Assembly: GCF_009914755.1 (NCBI RefSeq) | Contig: NC_060937.1 | Origin: the human T2T-CHM13v2.0 reference genome, Homo sapiens | Length of the DNA: 64,000 nt | Direction: 5' to 3' (one strand) | Shown here: positions 1-15,000 of the stretch, one piece after another | Layout: each line of letters opens with the position of its first letter | Numbering within the stretch: the first letter of the stretch is position 1 | Notes under the pieces: generated by a model | Told to the model about the DNA's origin: nothing | The model's database searches: none | Seen by the model: only the letters and a program-made list of their open reading frames with translations | Made by a program: the position numbers and the translations under genes

Positions 1-3000
1 TCAAAGTACCCAAGGTATATATTCTATAATGTACAAAGAATATCAAAGTACCCAAAGCGTGTATTATATACTGTATATAAAATATGAAATTACATCAAAT
101 ATATATTTAATTCTGTACATAAAATATCAAAGTACACCAGATATATATTCTATAGTGTACATAAAATATCAAAGTACCCAAACTATACATTATATACTGT
201 ACATAAAATATGAAATTACATCAAATATATATTATATTAGGTACATAAAATATGAAAGTACATCAAATATAGATTATATACTGTACATTAAATACCAAAG
301 TACCCCAAATATATATTTTATACTGTACATGAAATATCAAAGTTCACAAACTGTACATTATATACTGTACATAAAATATCAAAGTACCCAAGGTATATAT
401 TCTATACTGTACAAAAAATATCAAAGTACCCAAAGCATGTATTATATACTGTACCTAAAATATGAAAGTACATCAAATATATATTTTATTCTGTACATAA
501 AATATCAAAGTACACCAGATATATATTCTATAGTGTACATAAAATATCAAAGTACCCAAACTATACATTATATACTGTACATAAAATATGAAATTACATC
601 AAATATATATTATATTAGGTACATAAAATATGAAAGTACATCAAATATAGATTATACACTGTACATAAAATATCAAAGTACCCCAAATATATATTATATA
701 CTCTACATGAAATATCAAAGTTCACAAACTATATATTATATACTGTACATAAAATAAAGTCCCCAAAGTATATATTCTATACTGTAGAAAAAATATCAAA
801 GTACCCAAAGCATGTATTATATACTGTATATAAAATATGAAAGTACATCAAATATACATTTTATTCTGTACATAATATATCAAAGTACACCAGATGTATA
901 TTCTATAGTGTACATAAAATAACAAAGTACAAAAACTATAAATTATATACTGTACATAAAATATGAAATTACATCAAATATATATTAGGTACATAAAATA
1001 TGAAAGTACATCAAATATAGATTATATACTGTACATAAAATTCCAATGTACCCCTAATATATATTTTATACTCTACATGAAATATCAAAGTTCACAAACC
1101 ATATATTATATACTGTACATAAAATATCAAAGTACCCAAGGTATATATTCTATACTGTACAAAAAATATCAAAGTACCCAAAGCATGTATTATATACTGT
1201 ACATAAAATATGAAAGTACATCAAATATATATTTTATTCTGTACATAAAATATCAAAGTACACCAGATATATATTCTATAGTGTACATAAAATATCAAAG
1301 TACCCAAACTATACATTATATACTGTATATAAAATATGAAATTACATCAAATATATATTATATTAGGTACATAAAATATGAAAGTACATCAAATATAGAT
1401 TATATACTGTACATTAAATACCAAAGTACCCCAAATCTATATTTTATACTGTACATGAAATATCAAAGTTCACAAACTATATATTATATACTGTACATAT
1501 AATATCAAAGTACCCAAGGTATATATTCTATACTGTACAAAAAATATCAAAGTACCCAAAGCATGTATTATATACAGTACATAAAATATGAAAGTACATC
1601 AAATATATATTTTATTCTGTACATAAAATATCAAAGTACACCAGATATATATTCTATAGTGTACATAAAATAACAAAGTACACAAACTATAAATTATATA
1701 CTGTACATAAAATATGAAATTACATCAAATATATATTAGGTACATAAACTATGAAAGTACATCAAATATAGATTATATACTGTACATAAAATATCAATGT
1801 ACCCCAAATATATATTTTATACTCGACATGAAATATCAAAGTTCACAAACCATATAATATATACTGTACATAAAATATCAAAGTACCCAAGGTATATATT
1901 CTATACTGTACAAAAAATATCAAAGTACCCAAAGCATGTATTATATACTGTACATAAAATATGAAAGTACATCAAATATATATTTTATTCTGTACATAAA
2001 ATATCAAAGTACACCAGATATATATTCTATAGTGTACATAAAATATCAAAGTACCCAAACTATACATTATATACTGTACATAAAATATGAAATTACATCA
2101 AATATATATTATATTAGGTACAAAAAATATGAAAGTACATCAAATATAGATTATATACTGTACATTAAATACCAAAGTACCCCAAATATATATTTTATAC
2201 TGTACATGAAATATCAAAGTTCACAAACTATATATTATATACTGTACATATAATTTCAAAGTACCCAAGGTATATATTCTATACTGTACAAAAAATATCA
2301 AAGTACCCAAAGCATGTATTATATACAGTACATAAAATATGAAAGTACATCAAATATATATTTTATTCTGTACATAAAATATCAAAGTACACCAGATATA
2401 TATTCTATAGTGTACATAAAATAACAAAGTACACAAACTATAAATTATATACTGTACATAAAATATGAAAGTACATCAAATATAGATTATATACTGTACA
2501 TAAAATATCGATGTACCCCAAATATATATTTTATACTCTACATGAAATACCAAAGTTCACAAACCATATATTATATACTGTACATAAAATATCAAAGTAC
2601 CCAAGGTATATATTCTATACTGTACAAAAAATATCAAAGTACCCAAAGCATGTTTTATATACTGTACATAAAATATGAAAGTACATCAAATATATATTTT
2701 ATTCTGTACATAAAATATCAAAGTACACCAGATATATATTCTATAGTGTACATAAAATGTCAAAGTATCCAAACTATACATTATATACTGTACATAAAAT
2801 ATGAAATTACATCAAATTTATATTATATTAGGTACATAAAATATGAAAGTACATCAAATATAGATTATATACTGTACATAAAATATCAAAGTACCCCAAA
2901 TATATATTATATACTCTACATGAAATATCAAAGTTCACAAAGTATATATTATATACTGTACATAAAATAAAGTCCCCAAGGTATATATTCTATACTGTAG

Positions 3001-6000
3001 AAAAAATATCAAAGTACCCAAAGCAAGTATTATATACTGTATATAAAATATGAAAGTACATCAAATATATATTTTATTCTGTACATAATATATCAAAGTA
3101 CACCAGATATATATTCTATAGTGTACATAAAATAACAAAGTACACAAACTATAAATTATATACTGTACATAAAATATGAAATTACATCAAATATATACTA
3201 GGTACATAAAATATGAAAGTACATCAAATATAGTTTATATACTGTACATAAAATATCAATGTACCCCAAATATATATTTTATACTCTACATGAAATATGA
3301 AAGTTCACAAACCATATATTATATACTGTACATAAAATATCAAAGTACCCAAGGTATATATTCTATACTGTACAAAAAATATCAAACTACCCAAAGCATG
3401 TATTATATACTGTACATAAAATATGAAACTGCATCAAATATATATTTTATTCTGTACAAAAAATATCAAAGTACACCAGATATATATTCTATAGTGTACA
3501 TAAAATATCAAAGTACCCAAACTATACAGTATATACTGTACATAAAATATGAAATTACATCAAATATATATTAGGTACATAAAATATGAAAGTACATCAA
3601 ATATAGATTATATACTGTACAAAAAATATCAAAGTACCCCAAATATATATTATATACTGTACATGAAATATCAAAGTTCACAAACTATATATTATATACT
3701 GTACATAAAATATCAAAGTACCCAAGGTATATATTCTATACTGTACAAAAGATATCAAAGTACCCAAAGCATGTATTATATACTGTACATAAAATATGAA
3801 AGTACATCAAATATATATTTTATTCTGTACATAAAATATCAAAGTACACCAGATATATATTCTATAGTGTACATAAAATATCAAAATACCCAAACTATTT
3901 CTTATATACTGTACATAAAATATGAAATTACATCAAATATATATTATATTAGGTACATAAAATATGAAAGTACATCAAATATAGATTATATGCTGTACAT
4001 TAAATACCAAAGTACCCCAAATATATATTTTATACTGTACATGAAATATCAAAGTTCACAAACTATATATTATATACTGTACATAAAATATCAAAGTACC
4101 CAAGGTATGTATTCTATACTGTACAAAAAATATCAAAGTACCCAAAGCACGTATTATATACTGTACATAAAACATGAAAGTACATCAAATATATATTTTT
4201 TTCTCTACATAAAATATCAAAGTACACCAGATATATATTCAATAGTGTACATAAAATAACAAAGTACAAAAACTATAAATTATATACTGTACATAAAATA
4301 TGAAATTACATCAAATATATATTAGGTACATAAAATATGAAAGTACATAAAATATAGATTATATACTGTACATAAAATATCAATGTACCCCAAATATATA
4401 TTTTATACTCGACATGAAATATCAAAGTTCACAAACCATATAATATATACTGTTCATAAAATATCAAAGTACCCAAGGTATATATTCTATACTGTACAAA
4501 AAATATCAAAGTACCCAAAGCATGTATTATATACTGTACATAAAATATGAAAGTACATCAAATATATATTTTATTCTGTACATAAAATATCAAAGTACAC
4601 CAGATATATATTCTATAGTGTACATAAAATATCAAAGTACCCAAACTATACATTATATACTGTACATAAAATATGAAATTACATCAAATATATATTATAT
4701 TAGGTACAAAAAATATGAAAGTACATCAAATATAGATTATATACTGTACATTAAATACCAAAGTACCCCAAATATATATTTTATACTGTACATGAAATAT
4801 CAAAGTTCACAAACTATATATTATATACTGTACATATAATTTCAAAGTACCCAAGGTATATATTCTATACTGTACAAAAAATATCAAAGTACCCAAAGCA
4901 TGTATTATATACAGTACATAAAATATGAAAGTACATCAAATATATATTTTATTCTGTACATAAAATATCAAAGTACACCAGATATATATTCTATAGTGTT
5001 CATAAAATAACAAAGTACACAAACTATAAATTATATACTGTACATAAAATATGAAAGTACATCAAATATAGATTATATACTGTACATAAAATATCGATGT
5101 ACCCCAAATATATATTTTATACTCTACATGAAATACCAAAGTTCACAAACCATATATTATATACTGTACATAAAATATCAAAGTACCCAAGGTATATATT
5201 CTATACTGTACAAAAAATATCAAAGTACCCAAAGCATGTATTATATACTGTACATAAAATATGAAAGTACATCAAATATATATTTTATTCTGTACATAAA
5301 ATATCAAAGTACACCAGATATATATTCAATAGAGTACATAAAATATCAAAATACCCAAACTATTTCTTATATACTGTACATAAAATATGAAATTACATCA
5401 AATATATATTATATTAGGTACATAAAATATGAAAGTACATCAAATATAGATTATATGCTGTACATTAAATACCAAAGTACCCCAAATATATATTTTATAC
5501 TGTACATGAAATATCAAAGTTCACAAACTATATATTATATACTGTACATAAAATATCAAAGTACCCAAGGTATATATTCTATACTGTACAAAAAATATCA
5601 AAGTACCCAAAGCACGTATTATATACTGTACATAAAACATGAAAGCACATCAAATATATATTTTTTTCTGTACATAAAATATCAAAGTACACCAGATATA
5701 TATTCAATAGTGTACATAAAATAACAAAGTACAAAAACTATAAATTATATACTGTACATAAAATATGAAATTACACCAAATATATATTAGGTACATAAAA
5801 TATGAAAGTACATCAAATACAGATTATATACTGTACATATAATATCAATGTACCCCAAATATATATTTTATACTCTACATGAAATATCAAAGTTCACAAA
5901 CCATATATTATATACTGTACATAAAATATCAAAGTACCCAAGGTATATATTCTATACTGTTCAAAAAATATCAAAGTACCCAAAGCATGTATTATATACT

Positions 6001-9000
6001 GTATATAAAATATGAAAGTACATCAAATATATATTTTATTCTGTACATAAAATATCAATGTACACCAGATATATATTATATAGTGTACATAAAATATCAA
6101 AGTACCCAAACTATACATTATATACTGTACATAAAATATGAAATTACATCAAATATATACTATATTAGGTCCATAAAATATGAAAGTACATCAAATATAG
6201 ATTATATACTGTACATAAAATATCAAAGTACCCCAAATATATATTATATACTCTACATGAAATATCAAAGTTCACAAACTATATATTATATACTGTACAT
6301 AAAACAAGGTACCCAAGGTACATATTCTATACTGTACAAAAAATATCAAAGTACCCAAAGCATGTATAATATACTGTATATAAAATATGAAAGTACATCA
6401 AATATATTTTTTATTCTGTACATAAAATATCAAAGTACACCAGATATATATTCTATAGTGTACATAAAATAACAAAGTACACAAACTATACATTATATAC
6501 TGTACATAAAATATGAAATTACATCAAATATATATTAGGTACAGAAAATATGAAAGTACATCAAATATAGATTATATACTGTACATAAAATATCAATGTA
6601 CCCCAAATATATATTTTATACTCTACATGAAATATCAAAGTTCACAAACCATATATTATATACTGTCCAGAGAATATCAAAGTACCCAAGGTATATATTG
6701 TATACTATACAAAAAATATCAAAGTACGCAAAGCATGTATTATATACTGTACCTAAAATATGAAAGTACATCAAATATATATTTTATTCTGTACATAAAA
6801 TATCAAAGTACACCAGATATATATTCTATAGTGTACATAAAATATCAAAGTACCCAAACTATACATTATATACTGTACATAAAATATGAGATTACATCAA
6901 ATATATATTATATTAGGTACATAAAATATGAAAGTACATCAAATATAGATTATATACTGTACATAAAATATCAAAGTACCCCAAATATATATTATATACT
7001 CTACAGGAAATATCAAAGTTCACACACTATATATTATATACTGTACATAAAATATCAAAGTACCCAAGGTATATATTCTATACTGTACAAAAAATATCAA
7101 AGTACCCAAAGCATGTATTATATTCTGTATATAAAATATGAAAGTACATCAAATATATATTTTATTCTGTACATAAAATATCAAATTACACCAGATATAT
7201 ATTCTATAGTGTACATAAAATAACAAAGTACACAAACTATAAATTATATACTGTACATAAAATATGAAATTACATCAAATATATATTAGGTACATAAAAT
7301 ATGAAAGTACATCCAATATAGATTATATACTGTACATATAATATCAATGCACCCCAAATATATATTTTATTCTCTACATGAAATATCAAAGTTCAGAAAC
7401 TATATATTATATACTGTACATAAAATATCAAAGTACCCAAGGTATATATTCTATACTGTACAAAAAATATCAAAGTACCCAAAGCATGTATTATATACTG
7501 TACATAAAATATGAAAGTACATAAAATATATATCTTATTCTGTACATAAAATATCAAAGTACACCAGATATTTATTCTATAGTGTACATAAAATATCAAA
7601 GTACCCAAACTATACATTATATACTGTACATAAAATATGAAATTACATCAAATATATATTATATTAGTTACATAAAATATGAAAGTACATCAAATATAGA
7701 TTATATACTGTACATAAAATATCAAAGTTCCCCAAATATATATTATATACTCTACATGAAATATCAAAGTTCACAAACTATATATTATATACTGTACATA
7801 AAATATCAAAGTACCCAAGGTATATATTCTATACTGCACAAAAATATCAAAGTACCCAAAGCATGTAGTATATACTGTATCTAAAATATGAAAGTACATC
7901 AAATATATATTTTATTCTGTACATAAAATATCAAAGTACACCAGATATATATTCTATAGTGTACATAAAATAACAAAGTACACAAACTATAAATTATATA
8001 CTGTACATAAAATATGAAATTACATCAAATATATACTAGGTACATAAAATATGAAAGTACATCAAATATAGATTATATACTGTACATAAAATATCAATGT
8101 ACCCCAAATATATATTTTATACTCTACATGAAATATGAAAGTTCACAAACCATATATTATATACTGTACATAAAATATCAAAGTACCCAAGGTATATATT
8201 CTATACTGTACAAAAAATATCAAAGTACCCAAAGCATGTATTATATACTGTACATAAAATATGAAACTGCATCAAATATATATTTTATTCTGTACAAAAA
8301 ATATCAAAGTACACCAGACATATATTCTATAGTGTACATAAAATATCAAAGTACCCAAACTATACATTATATACTGTACATAAAATATGAAATTACATCA
8401 AATACATATTAGGTACATAAAATATGAAAGTACATCAAATATAGATTATATACTGTACAAAAAATATCAAAGAACCCCAAATATATATTATATACTGTAC
8501 ATGAAATATCAAAGTTCACAAACTATATATTATATACTGTACATAAAATATCAAAGTACCCAAGGTATATATTCTATACTGTACAAAAGATATCAAAGTA
8601 CCCAAAGCATGTATTATATACTGTACATAAAATATGAAATTACCTCAAATATATATTTTATTCTGTACATAAAATATCAAAGTACACCAGATATATATTC
8701 TATAGTGTACATAAAATATCACAGTACCCAAACTATTTCTTATATACTGTACATAAAATATGAAATTACATCAAATATATATTATATTAGGTACATAAAA
8801 TATGAAAGTACATCAAATATAGATTATATGCTGTACATTAAATACCAAAGTACCCCAAATATATATTTTATACTGTACATGAAATATCAACGTTCACAAA
8901 CTATATATTATATACTGTACATAAAATATCAAAGTACCCAAGTTATATATTCTATACTGTACAAAAAATATCAAAGTACCCAAAGCACGTATTATGTACT

Positions 9001-12000
9001 GTACATAAAACATGAAAGTACATCAAATATATATTTTTTTCTGTACATAAAATATCAAAGTACACCAGATATATATTCAATAGTGTACATAAAATAACAA
9101 AGTACAAAAACTATAAATTATATACTGTACATAAAATATGAAATTACACCAAATATATATTAGGTACATAAAATATGAAAGTACATCAAATATAGATTAT
9201 ATACTGTACATATAATATCAATGTACCCCAAATATATATTTTATACTCTACATGAAATATCAAAGTTCACAAACCATATATTATATACTGTACATAAAAT
9301 ATCAAAGTACCCAAGGTATATATTCTATAATGTACGAAAAATATCAAAGTACCCAAAGCATGTATTATATACTGTATATAAAATATGAAAGTACATCAAA
9401 TATATATTTTATGCTGTACATAAAATATCAATGTACACCAGATATATATTATATAGTGTACATAAAATATCAAAGTACCCAAACTATACATTATATATTG
9501 TACATAAAATATGAAATTACATCAAATATATACTATATTAGGTCCATGAAATATGAAAGTACATCAAATATAGATTATATACTGTACATAAAATATCAAA
9601 GTACCCCAAATATATATTATATACTCTACATGAAATATCAAAGTTCACAAACTATATATTATATACTGTACATAAAATAAAGTACCCAAGGTACATATTC
9701 TATACTGTACAAAAAATATCAAAGTACCCAAAGCATGTATAATATACTGTATATAAAATATGTAAGTACATCAAATATATATTTTATTCTGTACATAAAA
9801 CATCAAAGTACACCAGATATATATTCTATAGTGTACATAAAATAACAAAGTACACAAACTATACATTATATACTGTACATAAAATATGAAATTACATCAA
9901 ATATATATTAGGTACATAAAATATGAAAGTACATCAAATATAGATTATATACTGTACATAAAATATCAATGTACCCCAAATATATATTTTATACTCTACA
10001 TGAAATATCAAAGTTCACAAACCATATATTATATACTGTCCAGAAAATATCAAAGTACCCAAGGTATATATTCTATACTATACAAAAAATATCAAAGTAC
10101 GCAAAGCATGTATTATATACTGTACCTAAAATATGAAAGTACATCAAATATATATTTTATTCTGTACATAAAATATTAAAGTACACCAGATATATATTCT
10201 ATAGTGTACATAAAATATCAAACTACCCAAACTATACATTATATACTGTACATAAAATATGAAATTACATCAAATATATATTATATTAGGTACATAAAAT
10301 ATGAAAGTACATCAAATATAGATTATATACTGTACATATAATATCAATGTACCCCAAATATATATTTTATTCTCTACATGAAATATCAAAGTTCAGAAAC
10401 TATATATTATATACTGTACATAAAATATCAAAGTACCCAAGGTATATATTCTATACTGTACAAAAAATATCAAAGTACCCAAAGCATGTATTATGTACTG
10501 TACATAAAATATGAAAGTACATCAAATATATATTTTATTCTGTACATAAAATATCAAAGTACACCAGATATATATTCTATAGTGTACATAAAATATCAAA
10601 GTACCCAAACTATACATTATATACTGTACATAAAATATGAAATTACATCAAATATATATTATATTAGGTACATAAAATATGAAAGTACATCAAATATAGA
10701 TTATATACTGTACATTAAATACCAAAGTACCCCAAATATATATTTTATACTGTACATGAAATATCAAAGTTCACACACTATATATCATATACTGTACATA
10801 AAATATCAAAGTACCCAAGGTATATATTCTATACTCTACAAAAAATATCAAAGTACCCAAAGCATGTATTACAAACTGTACATAAAATATGAAAGTACAT
10901 CAAATATATATTTTATTCTGTACATAAAATATCAAAGTACACCAGATATATATTCTATAGTGTACATAAAATATCAAAGTACCCAAACTATACATTATAT
11001 ACTGTACATAAAATATGAAATTACATCAAATATATTTTATATTAGGTACATAAAATATGAAAGTACATCAAATATAGATTATATACTGTACATTAAATAC
11101 CAAAGTACCCCAAATATATATTTTATACTGTACATGAAATATCAAAGTTCACACACTATATATTATATACTGTACATAAAATATCAAAGTACCCAAGGTA
11201 TATATTCTATACTGTACAAAAAATATCAAAGTACCCAAAGCATGTATTATATACTGTACATAAAATATGAAAGTACATCAAATATATATTTTATTCTGTA
11301 CATAAAATATCAAAGTACACCAGATATATATTCTATAGAGTACATAAAATAACAAAGTACCCAAACTATACATTATATACTGTACATAAAATATGAAATT
11401 ACATCAAATATATATTATATTAGGTACATAAAATATGAAAGTACATCAAATATAGATTACATACTGTACATTAAATACCAAAGTACCCCAAATATATATT
11501 TTATGCTGTACATGAAATATCAAAGTTCACACACTATATATTATATACTGTACATAAAATATCAAAGTACCCAAGGTATATATTCTATACTGTACAAAAA
11601 ATATCAAAGTACCCAAAGCATGTATTATATACTGTACATAAAATAGGAAAGTACATCAAATATATATTTTATTCTGTACATAAAATATCAAAGTACACCA
11701 GATATATATTCTATAGAGTACATAAAATATCAAAGTACCCAAACTATACATTATATACTGTACATAAAATATGAAATTACATCAAATATATATTATATTA
11801 GGTACATAAAATATGAAAGTATATCAAATAAAGATTATATACTGTACATTAAATACGAAAGTACCCCAAATATATATTTTATACTGTACATGAAATATCA
11901 AAGTTCACACACTATATATCATATACTGTACATAAAATATCAAAGTACCCAAGGTATATATTCTATACTGTACAAAAAATATCAAAGTACCCAAAGCATG

Positions 12001-15000
12001 TATTACAAACTGTACATAAAATATGAAAGTACATCAAATATATATTTTATTCTGTACATAAAATATCAAAGTACACCAGATATATATTCTATAGTGTACA
12101 TAAAATATCAAAGTACCCAAACTATACATTATATACTGTACATAAAATATGAAATTACATCAAATATATATTATATTAGGTACATAAAATATGGAAGTAC
12201 ATCAAATATAGATTATATACTGCACATAATATATCAAAGTACCCCAAATATATATTATATACTCTACATGAAATATCAAAGTTCACAAACTATATATTAT
12301 ATACTGTACATAAAATATCAAAGTACCCAAGGTATATATTCTATACTGCACAAAAAAATCAAAGTACCCAAAGCATGTATTATATACTGTACCTAAAATA
12401 TGAAAGTACATCAAATATATATTTTATTCTGTACATAAAATATGAAAGTACACCAGATATATATTCTATAGTGTACATAAAATATCAAAGTACCCAAACT
12501 ATACTTTATATACTGTACATAAAATATGAGATTACATCAAATATATATTATATTAGGTACATAAAATATGAAAGTACATCAAATATAGATTATATACTGT
12601 ACATAAAATATCAAAGTACCCCAAATATATATTATATACTCTACAGGAAATATCAAAGTTCACACACTATATATTATATACTGTACATAAAATATCAAAG
12701 TACCCAAGGTATATATTCTATACTGTACAAAAAATATCAAAGTACCCAAAGCATGTATTATATTCTGTATATAAAATATGAAAGTACATCAAATATATAT
12801 TTTATTCTGTACATAAAATATCAAATTACACCAGATATATATTCTATAGTGTACATAAAATAACAAAGTACACAAACTATAAATTATATACTGTACATAA
12901 AATATGAAATTACATCAAATATATATTAGGTACATAAAATATGAAAGTACATCAAATATAGATTATATACTGTACATATAATATCAATGTACCCCAAATA
13001 TATATTTTATTCTCTACATGAAATATCAAAGTTCCCAAACCATATATTATATATTGTACATAAAATATCAAAGTACCCAAGTTATATATTCTATACTGTA
13101 CAAAAAATATCAAAGTACCCAAAGCATGTATTATATACTGTACATAAAATATGAAAGTACATCAAATATATATTTTATTCTGTACATAAAATGTCAAAGT
13201 ACACCAGATATATATTCTATAGTGTACATAAAATATCAAAGTACCCAAACTATACATTATATACTGTACATAAAATATGAAATTACATCAAATATATATT
13301 AGGTACATAAAATATGAAAGTACATCAAATATAGATTATATACTGTACATAAAATATCAATGTACCCCAAATATATATTTTATACTCTACATGAAATATC
13401 AAAGTTCACAAACCATATCTTATATACTGTACATAAAATATCAAAGTACCCAAGGTATATATTCTATACTGTACAAAAAATATCAAAGTACCCAAAGCAT
13501 GTATTATATACTGTACCTAAAATATGAAAGTACATCAAATATATATATTATTCTGTACAGAAAATATCAAAGTACACCAGATATATATTCTATAGTGTAT
13601 ATAAAATATCAAAGTACCCAAACTATACATTATATACTGTACATAAAATATGAGATTACATCAAATATATATTATATTAGGTACATAAAATATGAAAGTA
13701 CATCAAATATAGATTATATACTGTACATAAAATATCAAAGTACCCCAAATATATATTATATACTCTACAGGAAATATCAAAGTTCACACACTATATATTA
13801 TATACTGTACATAAAATATCAAAGTACCCAAGGTATATATTCTATACTGTACAAAAAATATCAAAGTACCCAAAGCATGTATTATATTCTGTATATAAAA
13901 TATGAAAGTACATCAAATATATATTTTATTCTGTACATAAAATATCAAATTACACCAGATATATATTCTATAGTGTACATAAAATAACAAAGTACACAAA
14001 CTATAAATTATATACTGTACATAAAATATGAAATTACATCAAATATATATTATATTAGGTACATAAAATATGAAAGTACATCAAATATAGATTGTATACT
14101 GTACACTAAATACCAAAGTACCCCAAATATATATTTTATACTGTACATGAAATATCAAAGTTCACAAACTACATATTATATTCTGTACATAAAATATCAA
14201 AGTACCCAACGTATATATTCTATACTGTACAAAAAATATCAAAGTACCCAAAGCATGTATAATATACTGTACATAAATATGAAAGTACATCAAATATATA
14301 TATTATTCTGTACATAAAATATCAAAGTACACCAGATATATATTCTATAGTGTACATAAAATATCAAAGTACCCAAACTATACATTATATACTGTAAATA
14401 AAATGTGAAATTACATCAAATATATTTTATATTAGGTACATAAAATATGAAAGTACATCAAATATAGATTATATACTGTACATTAAATACCAAAGTACCC
14501 CAAATATATATTTTATACTGTACATGAAATATCAAAGTTCACAAACTATATATTATATACTGTATATAAAATATCAAAGTACCCAAGTTATATATTCTAT
14601 ACTGCACAAAAAATATCAAAGTACCCAAAGCATGTATTATATACTGTACATAAAATATGAAAGTACATCAAAAATATATTTAATTCTGTACTTAATATAT
14701 CAAAGTACACCAGATATATATTCTATAGTGTACATAAAATAACAAAGTACACAAACTATAAATTATATACTGTACATAAAATATGAAATTACATCAAATA
14801 TATATTAGGTACATAAAATATGAAAGTACATCAAATATAGATTATATACTGTACATAAAATATCAATGTACCCCAAATATATATTTTATACTATACATGA
14901 AATATCAAAGTTCACAAACCATATTTTGTATACTGTACATAAAATATCAAAGTACACAAGGTATATATTTTATACTCTACAAAAAATATCAAAGTACCCA

